A program made the position numbers and the translations under genes. Below are positions 11,558-23,486 of a stretch of 64,000 bases of DNA, one piece after another. Under the pieces are notes generated by a model, which had not been told where the DNA came from, ran no database searches, and worked only from the letters and a program-made list of their open reading frames with translations. Source of the DNA: Scenedesmus sp. PABB004 (Eukaryota); the NCBI GenBank assembly GCA_014905635.1, contig CM026547.1, positions 4,030,001 through 4,094,000 on the forward strand, read 5' to 3'. The stretch's first letter is position 1. Every line of letters starts with the position of its first letter.

Positions 11558-13429
11558 TCATTGTCGTCGTCGGCGGCGGCGTGGCGGCGCAGGGCGGCGG
11601 AAGTGGCGCCGCAGCGCAGGGTCGCGCCCCCGGCGACGTACCGATGGCTGCCACCTGGCGGGGCCCCCGTTTCTGCAGCTCCCACACCGTCAGCGCCCCG
11701 CTCGCATGTCCCACCGCCAGCCAGAGCGCGTCCGAGGGCGCGGCCACGACGCTGAACCCCAGGCAGCACACACCATCGCCAGGGAGGCCCTCGCCCAGCT
11801 GCCACATCGCGGCGCCGCCGGGCAGGGAGCCGTGGCCCGCACCGCCGCCCGCGGGCGGCGCGCCGGGGCCCTGCGGCTGGGGCAGCTGCAGCACCAGGGC
11901 GCTGCCCGTCGAGCTGCCGACCGCCAGGTACTGCCCAGACGCCGCCACGACCTGCCGCGGCGCGCGCGCGGGCCCGCGGGCATGAGCGGTGGGAGCCAGG
12001 GCGGCCTTGCGGCCCAAGCCGCGCCCGCGCCCCTGCAGCCTCACCTGGAGCGGGCCGTGCGGCGCCAGCGCCGCCGCCAGCACGGCGGCCCAGTCCACGG
12101 CGCCGCCAGCCGCGGCGCCCGCGGTGCTGCCGCCGGCGCTGGCGGACGCCGCGAACAGCCCCGCCAGGCTCTCCAGCTTGAGCAGCACCGCGCCGCCGAT
12201 CATCGCGCCGCCGCTCGCCGCGGGGCGGCCCGCGGGGTTCCAGTCGGCCCGTGCATCGGACAGCAGCTCCGCCAGCCGCGCTTGGGGGTCCAGCGGCACA
12301 AAGGCACCGTCGCTGCCGCCGTGGTAGAGCCGCTCCTCGCTCAGCCAGGCCTGCTGCAGCGCGAGCTCGTGCGGCGGCAGCGCCCCGCCGGGCGCCGCGG
12401 GCGTCGCCGCGGGCGGCGGCAGCTGCGGCAGCGGCAGCGGCAGCGGCGCCGCCAGCTGCGGCGGCTGCGGCGGCAGCGGCGGCAGCGGCGGCAGCGGCGC
12501 CGCCAGCTGCGGCTGCTGCTGCTGTCGCTGCTGCTGCTGACGTCCCGGCACGCCCGTGCCGACCAGCGCCGCCACGTCTTCGGTCGCCGCGTCCGCTGGC
12601 GCCACCAGCGCGGCCGCTTCCTGCTCCTCCAGCACCTCGGCCATGTCATGCAGCATGTCCAGCACGTCATCGTCGGCGTCCTCCGCGCCGCCGCTGGCCG
12701 CGCCTGCGGCCGCTGCCGCGCCCGGCGCTGCGGGCGCGCCTGCGTCGCCGGTCGCGCCGCCGGCAGCGAGAGGGTCGCCCGGCGGCGCGGCGCCGCTCTG
12801 GGCTTCTGATTGTGCTGCTGCACCTGCTTCTGCTGCTGCACCTGCTTCTTCTGCTGCTTCTGCTGCATCTGCAGCTGCATCTGCGGATGCTTCTGATGCC
12901 GCGCCGCTACACGCCAGCGGCGCGCCACCAGCAGGCCCGTCGGCGAGGGCCGCCGGCACCGCCGCCCCTGCCGCTGCAGGCGCTGCCGCATCCACCAGCA
13001 ACGTCTGCTCAGGGGCTGCGTCGTCTGCCGAGCGCGCTGGCGCGGGCGCATCGCGAGCGCCGAGGTCGATCAGCAGGCTGGCAAGCAGGTCGTCGTCCGC
13101 GTCGCCGCCGGGGCCGGCTGATGCTGCTCCTGTGGGGCCTGTGGCTGCCGGCGGTGCCAGCAGGTCGCTGAGCAGCGAGTCCAGGTCGACGCCGTCTGGC
13201 GGCGCCGCCGGCGCCTGCTCGGCCGGCTGCTGCTGCGCCGAGTGCGGCGCCGCTGCTGCGCCGTCGGGCGCGGCCTGCGTTGCGCGGCGCGGGCGGCACC
13301 GAGTGGTGGAGCAGAGCGCCGCCTTGCACGTCGGCAGCGTGATCGCTCCGTGGCAGCCGCCTGCCTGCGCCAGATGGCCCTGCGCACCGCGAGCAGCGAC
13401 GCCAGCACGCCCTCGACGTCGTCGTCCAT
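4905..13429 (-). CDS. VPS8: Vacuolar protein sorting-associated protein 8 (CORVET subunit) homolog; multi-exon, apparent frameshift near 7802
   Basis: Start MDDDVEGVL (ATG 13429). WD-like segment WLAVGHASGALTVWEL; Vps8 core LLECIEAAVLSDLLEGLAPEVMQ...VEGCVLHLSVASLDLDQVIRLCEGAGLYSALAYI; clathrin-repeat YVRLLAQFEPAGVLPFL...DAEAFLHERMGD; C-terminal ERFGEFRSTLLGLFGATGYERAI. Stop at 4905-4907. Confidence 0.85.
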
Positions 13430-13753
13430 GCTGCTGCCTCGCGCCCCGCGCCGCCCGCCCGCATCGCCCAGGCGCGTCCAGATCGTCACGCTCGGCGGTC
13501 TTCGAGGCGAGGCTCGCGGCGGCGGTCGCCGCCAAACCGCCCCCGCGTCCGTTCGCGCGCCGCTCGCTGTCGCGCGCGGTGCAGGCAAAGAGCGGGTCCT
13601 GCCGCTTCCCAGTGTGGCGCCCAAGCTCAGCCGCTCGTCCCGCTCACCCGCGGCAGTCACGACAGCCCCGGCGGCGGCGGCAGCGGCAGCAGCGCGCGCG
13701 GCGGCAGCGGCGCGTGTGCCGGCAGCGGTGCGCGTTGCGGCCGCGCGGCGGCC

Positions 13754-14339
13754 ATGGCGGCCATGGCGCTCCGCCCTGCCGGCGTGCCGCGCCTGGAGGA
13801 GGTCTGCCTGGCGGCGGCCGCGGACGGCGCGGCCTGGCGCCAGCAGCGGCGGCGCGTGGAGCTGCTGCCGCCGCACCTCGCCGACGCGCTGCTCGCCGCG
13901 TTGCTCGCCAACGGCCGCCTGGGCGGCGCGCCGGCCGGGCTGGAGACCTTCCGGCACAGCGCGACCGCGCTGCACGTCGACGCACGCCTCCACCTCGCGG
14001 CGTCGGCGCCGATGGCCGAGTGGGTCGCTTACGTGGGCACGCTACGGTGAGCGCGCGCCACCGCCGCTGGCCTCGCCGCCGCCGGGCCGGCGCCGGCGCC
14101 GCGGCCGCGGCCGCGGCCTCACCGCGGCGCCCGCGCCCTCGGCCCGTCAGGCAGCTGCGCGAGCTAACCTTGGCGCACGCGCCGCGCCTGCGTGACAAAC
14201 ATCTCACGCCGCTGACGCGCCTGGCGGGCAGCCTGACGGCGCTCGACCTGCACGGCTGCAGCGGCCTCGCGCGCGCCGCAGCGCAGGGCGCCGCCCTGGG
14301 GCAGCTGACGGCGCTGCGCTCGCTGAGCCTGGCAGGTGG

Positions 14340-14392
<53 letters not shown>

Positions 14393-16309
14393 GGCCGCGC
14401 GGCGGGGGCCGCACGCGCAGCCGACACGACGCCCGCCCCGCGCACTGCCGACACGACGCCTGCCCCGCGCGCAGGCACGGGCGTGCGGCCGCCGCTGCTC
14501 GCGGGCCTGGCGCACCTCACCCAGCTGACGCAGCTCGACCTGGGCGGCTGCGAGGTCGGGGACGGCGACCTGGAGCACCTGCCGCGCCTCACGGCCCTGC
14601 GGTTGCTGGTGCTGTGGGGCTGTGCGGCCACCGACGCCAGCAGCGCGCGCTGGCGGTCCCTCCCGAGGCTGTCCAGCCTGGACCTCTCCTGGAGCCGCGT
14701 GCGCAGCGCGGCGCCGCTGCTGCTGAGCAGCCTGACTGCGCTGGACCTCTCGCACTGCGCGCTCGACGCGGGCGGGGAGGGGCCTGGCTGGGCCTCGCCA
14801 GCGACGGCGCTCGTGCGGCTGCGGCTGGTCGCTGCGGAGCTGAGCGCGGGCTGCGCAGAGCTGCTGGAGGGCGTCATCAGGTGCTGCGGGTGGCGCGGCG
14901 CGCGCGCCGCGCTCGCCTCGCCCCGGCGCCCCTCACAGCGCAGCCGCGCCCCGCCACCCGCCCGGCGCCTGGCAGCGCGTCGGGGGCGAGCCTGGAGCTG
15001 CTGGACCTCACCTCGGCGCGCCTCCCCGCTGCCAGCCTGCTGCCGCTGCTGCTGTCATTGGAGGCGGCGCCGCGGCTGCGCGCGCTCAGCCTGGCAGGCG
15101 TGGGCCTGCCCGACGACTGGGCGCCCGCGCTCATGCCGTGCGCGGGCTGCCTGACGTCCCTCGATGTGAGCAGCAACCCCCAGCTTACGTCGGCGGGCCT
15201 GTGCGCCCTGCTGCCGGCGGCGCAGCGCTTGCAGCACCTCAACCTCGCCTGCACAGGCGCGGACGACGCGGTGCTGTCCGTGCTGCAGCAGCTTCCGTGC
15301 CTGCGCTCACTCGTGGCGTCTGAGACCGCCGTCGCGTGGGCGGCGCCGCCCGAGCCTGCGCCCGGCAGCAGCGGCGGCGGCGGCGGGGACGGCGCGGCGA
15401 CGCTTGCCTGGCCGCGGCTGCGCCGGCTGGATGCACGAGGGTCGCAGCTGAGTGACGCCGGGTGCTTGCAGCTCGCGCAGCAGCTTACGCCGGCAGCAGC
15501 AGCAGGCAGCGACTGCGGCGATGACGGCGGGGGGCTGGCTGCCCTGCTGGTTGGCCCAAAGCTGGGCAGGCGGGGCCTGGCGGCGCTGACCGCTGTGCTT
15601 GGCCGCAGCCTGCGCTCGCTCAGCCTGCAGGTGCGTTCGGGCGGAGCTGGGGCGGGTAGCAGCTGCGGACTGGCTGACTGGCCACGCGCGCCGACGAACG
15701 CCGTCGCCGCCGCCGCCGCCGCCGCCGCCTTGGCAGTGCGTGCAGCTGCAGGACAGAGACCTGCGCGTGCTGGCACCGCTGCAGCAGCTGCGCGAGCTGG
15801 TGGTGTCCGGTGTTGACCCCTGGCTGCTGTCCGACACGGCGCTGGCGGCGCTGAGCACCGACGGCGACGAGCTGCCGCGCCTATGCAGCGTGGTGCGGGA
15901 CGGTAGGCAACTGCTGGCGGCGCCGCCGGCTGCAGCAGCGGCGGCGCCACAGCCGGGCCAGGCAGGCAGCACGTCCTGGCTCGACGCAGCGCCCGCCACG
16001 CTGGCAGCGGCCACGTCGGGCGGCGGCGGCTCGAGCTCGCTGGCGCTCAGCCCCGCCGGCGCCGGGCGGGGCCGGCGCAGCCGCACCCCGGCGGCCGGCG
16101 GCCCTGGCGAGGCTGCGGCGGGCTTTGACGAGCGCTGGCGCTACTCCTCGCCGCAGCTCCTGGCCCTGCGCGGCTGCGACGCGGCTGGCGGGGGCGCGGG
16201 CGCGCCGTGGCCAGGGCTGGCCGAGCTGCGCGCAGCGCTGCCGCCGGAGCTGCGGGCGGTTGACGGGGTCGGCGGCACTGCGCGGGGGCCGGCATTAGAG
16301 CCGCCCTGA
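13754..16309 (+). CDS. Leucine-rich repeat protein with C-terminal eIF4E-binding motif (CERES-like); multi-exon
   Basis: N-terminal PRLEEVCL...ELLPPHLADALLAAL. Many LxxLxLxx repeats (LTALDLHGC, LTQLDLGGC, LSSLDLSWS, LTSLDVSSN, LQHLNLACT). C-terminal FDERWRYSSPQLLALR matches YxxxxLL. Confidence 0.8.
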
Positions 16310-16953
16310 CCCGCTGCTGTGTGTGTGGACGGCTCGGAGCGTTGCCCCCGACCGCGCCCGGTCGCCCCGGGTCGCAAGGACCGCTGCAAGAGCTCCGCCG
16401 AGGCAGCCTGCGAGCGCAGCGCGGCCGCGCACGCAGCGCAGGCGCCGCCAGCGTTCGGCAGCGCGCTGGAGCCGCCGCGCGCGGGCCGGTCTCGGGCGTA
16501 CGCTCGTGGTCCCGCCCGACCCGCCGTGCGGCTGTGCGGCGCCGTCATGCCGCGCCAGCGGAGCTGGTCGGGCGGGCGTGCGACGCGACGCCCGCCGGCG
16601 CCAGCGCGCGTCGTGGGGCGTGTTGTCGCGGGCTTCACGACGCACTGGCGCGGTGTGCGCGCGCGTTCGAGAGACTTCGTCGCACTGCAGGTTTGTGTCA
16701 GTCCAGCCCGCGACGCACAGCTTCGCGCGCCCCGTCACACCGCCTCCCGTGCGTCGCGTCACCCCGCGCTCACGCCTCCACACGCCGCGCACCCGCACCC
16801 GCCCGCAAAGCACCCCGCGTCATCGCTGCGCATGCGCGGCGCGTGAGGGCTGCGCGTGAATGTACGGCCTGGCGGTGACGTCCTGCTTCGAACTGAGCGG
16901 GCCGCACCGCAAGCAGAAGGCTGCCTGAGCGCGTGCCTGCTCTGGCGAGCGGG

Positions 16954-19139
16954 ATGGAGGTGTCCAGCCTGCAGAACGCCTGGATCGACTACTACCTCAG
17001 CGCACTGGTGAGGGACCGCGGCGCCGCGACCGCCGCGGCCCGCGCACGGCGTCCTGGGGCCCCGGGCGCGGCGCGCGGGGCGAACGCACTCAGCATCGCG
17101 TCCGCCCCGCGCCTCGCAGCTGAGCGCGGGCCTGTCCACCGAGTACGGGCGCAAGGCGGTGGAGGAGAAGGAGACGGCGCAGGATGACGCCGACAGCAGC
17201 CTGGTGGCGCGATACTACACCAACCAGATTCTCTCGATGGACGAGGACGCCATCCAGCAGGCCTGGCTCAAGGTGCGCGCGCTCCGCCCTCGGCGCAGCG
17301 CGCGCCGCCGCGTGCACCGCGCCAGGCCGGCAGCCCGGCCGGCGCGCGAATGCGCGCCGCGCGCGCGCCGGCGGCGCCGCTGCTGCTGCCGCGCGCCGCG
17401 CGCGCCCCGCCGCGCGCCGCCGACGCGCGCCGCGCGCCGCCGTCGCCCGCGCCGCCGCCGCGCCGCCGCAACAGGTGGCCCACAAGTCCAGCGTGCGCCT
17501 GGCGGACAAGCAAGACGCGCGGCTGCAGTACCTCAGCTGGCGCGTGTGGGGCATGAAGCGGCGGCGCGCGGTCGTCGCGCAGCAGCGCGCCGCGGAGGAG
17601 GCGCTCGACGCGGAGGGCTCGGACGCGCGCTCCGACGACGCGCAGAGCCCCAGCGGGCCCGTCGACGCGGACGACCTCGCCCGCCTCTTCAGCGGCACGG
17701 CCCCGGGCGCGCCCGCGCCGCACGGCGGCCTGCCCGCGCTGCCGCGCCTGCCGCGGCTCGCGGTCAAGCCCGGCGCCGACGGCGGCAGCGAGGGCGACAG
17801 CGAGGAGCGCGACGCGGCGTCGCCCGACGCGCCGAGCAGCCCCTCGGCCGTGCCGCACGAGGTCGTGCAGGCGAGCGTGGGCGCCGAGCGCTTCCCCAAG
17901 CTCTACTGCGTCCTCATATCCATGCACGGCCTCGTGCGCGGCGAGGCCATGGAGCTGGGGAAGGACCCCGACACGGGCGGCCAGGTGCGCGGCGCGCGAC
18001 GCGGCGCGGGCGGCGGCGGCGGCGGGGCGGGCGGCGGCGGCAGCGGCGGGGCCGGCAGCGGGGGGCAGCGTCGTGCATTCGCGGCCGGGGCGCGCTGCCG
18101 GCGCGGCAGCGGGGCAGCGCGGCGGCGAGGGCCGCTCGGCGCGGCCGCCGCGCCGCCGCCTGGGCCGCGGCGGCGCCCGCCGCCGGCGGCGCCTCTGGAA
18201 CCCTCCGCCCACGCTCCCCCGCCGCCGCTCCCCGCACCGCCGCGCCGCTGCCGCCGCGGCGCCGCGCAGGTCAAGTATGTGGTGGAGCTGGCCAAGGCGC
18301 TGTCGCGGCACCCCGCGGTGCACCGCGTCGACCTGCTCACGCGCCTCGTGCGCGACCCCAAGGTCGAGCCGAGCTACGGGCAGCTCGAGGAGCCGCTGAC
18401 CGACCGCGTCGGCGCGCTCGGCGGCGCCTACATCGCGCGCATCCCCTGCGGCCCGGTCAACACCTACCTGCGGTGCGGCGCGCCGCGCGCACGGCGCTGC
18501 GCGCTGCGCGGCGGGGCGGGCTGCCCCGGGCGGCGCGCGCGCGCCGGCAGCGGTCGCCAGCAGCGCGGCCCGCGCGCCCACGCCCGCCGCCGCGCCGCGC
18601 GCCCGCCGCGCGCGCCCGCGCAGCAAGGAGGCGCTCTGGCCGTACGTGCGCGAGTTTGCCGACAACGCGCTGACCTACGTCTGCTCCACCATGGCCGCCC
18701 TCAGCGCCGCGGGCGAGGCGTGCGAGCTGTACGACCTGCACGGCCACTACGCCGACGCGGGCGAGGCAGCGGCGCTCATGAGCTACACGGTGCGTGACCG
18801 GCGCTGCCCCCGCGCCGCGGCGCGGCCAGCTGCCCCCGCGGCGGCCGGCCGGGCCGCGCCGGGGCCACGCGCCGCCCCGCGCGCGCCCCGCGCGCCGCCT
18901 CGAGCTGCGCCGCGCGCGGCTTGGCCGGCCGCGCCGCGCGGCGCCCTCTCTGACCCGCGCCGCCGGCGCTGCACCGCCCGCCGCAGCTGGGCGTGGACAT
19001 GGTGCTCACGGGGCACAGCCTCGGGCGCAACAAGCTGGACCACCTGCTCAAGTCGGGTGCGCGGCGCGGCGGCGCGCGCCTGCGCGCGCGGCGCCCGACG
19101 GCCCTAGCCCGCCCTGGGGCGCCTGGCGTCGGCGCCGAG

Positions 19140-19193
<54 letters not shown>

Positions 19194-21358
19194 TCTCGCG
19201 CGCGCGCTCACGCGCCGCCGCGCCGCGCGTGCGTGCAGGCACGATGTCGCGGGCCGAGATCGAGGCCTCGTACGCCATCGGGCGGCGCATCGAGGGCGAG
19301 GAGCGCGCGCTCGACGCGGCGGTGCTGGTCTTCACGAGCACGCAGCAGGAGGTCAAGAATCAGTGGGGCCTCTACGACGGGTGCGCCGCCGCAGCGCCGC
19401 TGCAGCGCTGCTGGCGCGCGCGCGCATCGAGGCAGACCCCGCGGGCCCGCGTCCGCCCCGCCGGCGGGGGGCCGCGCGGCGCCCGCGCCGCCGCGCCGCC
19501 CTCCCTCACCCCGCGCCTCCCTCGCTCACGCCGCGGCTCCCTCGCTCGCGCCTCCCTCGCTCGCGCCGCGCTCGCGCAGGTACAACGCCGACCTCGAGCG
19601 CGTTGTGCGCACGCGCGGCCGGGGGCGCCACTTCCCGGCCATGCGCGTCATCCCGCCGGGGCTGGACTTTTCCAACCTCAAGATCGCCGCGCCGCCCGAC
19701 CCGCTCGACCCCGCGGGCGGCAGCGCCGGCGGCGGCCTGCGCACGTCGAGCAGCGGCGCGCTGCGCGGCCGGCGGCGCTCGAGCACTGCGGCGAGCAGCA
19801 GCTGGGCGTTCCTGCCCGCGCTGGCCCCCGGCGGCGACGAGCCGCACGCGGAGACGCCCGGCTCCACCGGCGCTGCGGGTGCGCGCGCACGCGCGGCGCC
19901 GCGCGGCGCCGCGCCGCGCCGCCTCACCCGCCCCGCGCCGCCTCACCCGCGCCCGCGCCGCGCGCCGCGCCGCGCGCCGCCGCAGAGCACTCGCTGCACG
20001 TCGGCTCGCCGCGCACGCCCGCGTCGGGCGGCGCGCCGGGCGCGGGCCTCGCGGGCGCGGGCCCGTTTGGCCGCCCGCCGGGCGCGCCCGAGGACCCGCC
20101 GATCTGGCGGAGCATCTTCCGCTTTCTCCGCAACCCGCGCAAGCCCGTCATCCTGGCCATGTCGCGCCCCGACGCCAAGAAGAACATCACGACGCTCGTC
20201 AAGGCGTACGGCTCCAACAAGGCGCTGCGCGAGATCGCCAACCTCGTCCTCGTCATGGGCAACCGCGAGGTCATCGACGGCATGGCCCCGGGGTCGGCCA
20301 AGGTGCTCGACGCCGTGCTGCGACTCATCGACGCGTACGACCTCTACGGCTCCGTCGCCTACCCCAAGCGCCACACCCAGGACGATATCAGCGACATCTA
20401 CCTCCTCCCCGCGGCGACGCGCGGCGTGTTTGTCAACATCGCGCTGCAGGCGCGCGCCGCGCCGCGCCGCACCGCGCCACGCAAGCCGCCGCTGCACCCG
20501 CCGCGCGCGCCGCCGCCGCAGCGCGCGCGCGCGCGCCCGCGACGCGCGCGCGCGCCGCGCCCGCCGCGCCCGCGCCGCTCCGCGCGGCCCTGCTGCCGCC
20601 CGCTCAGCTCCCCGCGTCCGCCCGCCCGCCCGCCGCCGCGGCGCAGGAGCCGTTTGGCCTTACGCTCATCGAGGCGGCGGCGCACGGCGTGCCGATCGTC
20701 GCGACGACCAACGGCGGGCCCGTGGACATCGTGCACACGCTCAAGAACGGGCTGCTGGTCGAGCCGACCGACGTGTCGGGCGTCGGCGACGCGCTGCTGC
20801 GCCTGCTGACCAGCCCGTCGACCTGGGACGAGTTTGCCGCCGCGGGTGTGACCAACATCAACGCCTACAGCTGGTCCTCGCACTGCATCAAGTGCCTCAA
20901 CGCAATCGAGGCGGAGAAGGTGCGCCGCCCGCGCCGCCGCGCCGCTGCCGCGCCGCCGCCGCGCCGTTGCCGCGCCGCTGCTGCGCCGCCGCGCGCTCTG
21001 CGCCGCGCGCGACACGCCGCGCCCGGCGCGCCGCGCCGCCCCCGCCCGCAGCTGAGCGCGTGCAAGCGCACGCGCCACGCGACGCTGCGGAGCAACTACT
21101 CGGCGAGCCTGGAGGACTTCAACCTCATGGCCAGCAGCGGCAGCTTCACCGCCGCGCTGCGCGAGGCCGCGGGCGGCGGCAGCTTCAGCGGCGCCTCGGG
21201 CGAGCGCGCGCTGCTCAGCCCGCGCGCCTCGGCGGCGGCGGTGAGCCACAGCTTCACGACCGACGACGTGCCCGACGCGCACAGCGGCGAGCTCGCGCCG
21301 CTGTCGATCAACAACGGCGCGAGCTTTGCCGGCGGCGGCGAGCAGCCGGCCTCGCCGC

Positions 21359-21389
<31 letters not shown>

Positions 21390-22581
21390 GCGCGGGCCGG
21401 ACCGCCTGCTCGCGGCGAGCTCGATGCCGCTCACAGGCGCCTACGGCGGCAGCCCAGGCGCCGACACGCCGCGCTCGCCCGCCGCGGCGGCGGGCGCGCC
21501 GAGCGCGTTTGCGGCGGCCGCGGGCGGCGCGGCGTCGCCGTCTGCGCCGCGCATGGGCATGGTGCGCGACAAGTACGTCGTGTTTGTGCTCGACAGCAGC
21601 GACACCGTGGCCGGCCTGAGCAAGCTGCTCGCGCGCAAGGGCAAGGCGCTCATGGGCCTCGCCGCCGCGGGGCACAGCGTCGGCCTCGGCGTCGCGAGCG
21701 CGTTTAGGCTGGCCGAGACGGCCGAGCTCCTGCGCGGCACGGGGCTGGTCATGGCCGACCTGGACTTTGCCATCACCGGCGCGGGCGCGGAGATCTGGTA
21801 CTGCGGCGCCGCCGCGGCCGGCGCGGCGGGCCGCGCCGCCGCGGCCGCGGCGCGCGCCGCCGACGGCGCCGCCGGCGACGGCGGCGGCGACGCCGACGAC
21901 GCGGCGCGCGGCAGCGACTGCCTGCTGGACGAGCAGTACGACGCGCTGCTGGACGGCAAGTGGGACCTCGTGTCGGTGCGCCGCGTCATCGCGCAGTGCC
22001 TCGGCGAGCGCCACTTCCTCGCCGGCGGCGCCGCCGGCAGCGCCGGCAGCGGCGGCGCCGGCGCCGCGCCGCGGCCCAAGATCCGCGTCGAGGCGGCGAG
22101 CGGCGCGCACCACCTGCTCGTGACGCTGCGCCCCGGCGGCGACGCCGGCGGCGCGCGGCGCATGACCGGCGCGGAGCTGCAGGCGCTCATTGGTCGCATC
22201 AAGCGCCGCCTGCGGCGCAGCGGGCTGCGCACGCAGGTCGTCGCGCAGCTCGAGGGCGGCGACGTGAAGCTGCACATCACGCCGCTGCGCGGCAGCCGCG
22301 CGCTCGCGCTGCGCCACCTCACCTACAAGCACAAGGTCGACATGACCAGCCTGGTGCTCGTCTGCTGCGCGCGCGCGCTGCGGGCGCCGCCCGGCGGCAG
22401 CGCCGCGGGGCTGGACGCGACGTTCTCGTGCAGCGACCTCGAGGATGTCGTCGCGGGCGTGCAGGGCGTGGTCGTCGTGCCGCCGCCGCCGGGCGCGGCC
22501 GACGGCGCGTCGGAGGGCTTTGCCGTCGACCTGGGGCTCTACACCCACGACGGCCGGCTGCAGGTGCTGCAGCTCAAGTGA
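16954..22581 (+). CDS. SPS: Sucrose-phosphate synthase (plant-type: N-terminal, GT4 and SPP-like domains); multi-exon
   Basis: [139 protein letters not shown]-terminal [13 protein letters not shown]. Confidence 0.97.
19141..19190 (+). repeat. (CT)25 microsatellite in an SPS intron
   Basis: 50 nt of uninterrupted CT. Confidence 0.97.
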
Positions 22582-22647
22582 GGGCTCAGGGGAGGGCTCA
22601 AGGGGAGGGCTCAAGGGGAGGGCTCAGGGGAGGGCTCAGGGGAGGGC
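22580..22647 (+). repeat. 12-13-bp tandem repeat GAGGGCTCA(A)GGG, about 5.5 copies, starting in the SPS stop codon
   Basis: Direct reading of the sequence. Confidence 0.92.
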
Positions 22648-23486
22648 CGGCGCGGCCGCCAGCGCGGCGCGGCGCGAGGGGAGGGAGGGCGGCGGAGCGC
22701 GAGCGACCGGGGCGCGGCGCCGCGCGGGCGCCGCGCGGGCGCTTGCTCGGATGGCGGCGCGGAACGCAACGAGCTCGAGTGTGCGCGCCGCGCGCGATCG
22801 CTTTGCACCTGTGTCGGCTGCCGCGAGCCAGCCGTCTGTGGGACACCAGTTTTGCCGAGGACCTGCGTGCGCCGCGCGTGTGCTTGACCGACGTTGTTGC
22901 TGCGACGCCTTGGGTGTCGCTGGGAGGGCACGAGGGCGGGGGCCGTCGACGGCGGCGACGCGGAGCGGCGGCGGGGGTGCTTCCATCGCAGCGGGCAGCG
23001 GGCAGAGCCGCGGCGCGCTGTGGCACGTGCGCGCGCGGGCTTGTACCAGACGGCTGAGTGTACATGAGCTCCACGTCGCCACGGCTGCGGGTATATTGGT
23101 CCCAGGGTCCAGTCGGTCAGCGTGGGTGGGTCGGTCGCGGGGGTGCGTGCGTGCACGTGGGCAGCGCAGCAGGTGGTGTCGTTGGCCGTCGTGCCTTGCC
23201 TAGGCGAGTGGGGCGGGGGTGTATGTACCTTGATGTGCTTTGCTAGGACGTGCGCGCATGGTGTGTGGTCGGCCCATCACAGGCGCGGCGCAGCGCGCGC
23301 CGCCGCCCCCGTCGCGCGCGCGCGCGCGCGCGGGGGCGCAGGCGTCGGCGGCGCGCCCGAGCACTGCACACCCCTGTGTGTTGCTGAATCAACGACATGT
23401 GGCTGCGACGCCGCCAGAAGCGGGGGACGGCGGGGGGGGGGGGGGGGGGGGAATGAGTTAACCGCGGAGCACCACCTCCCCCGCGC

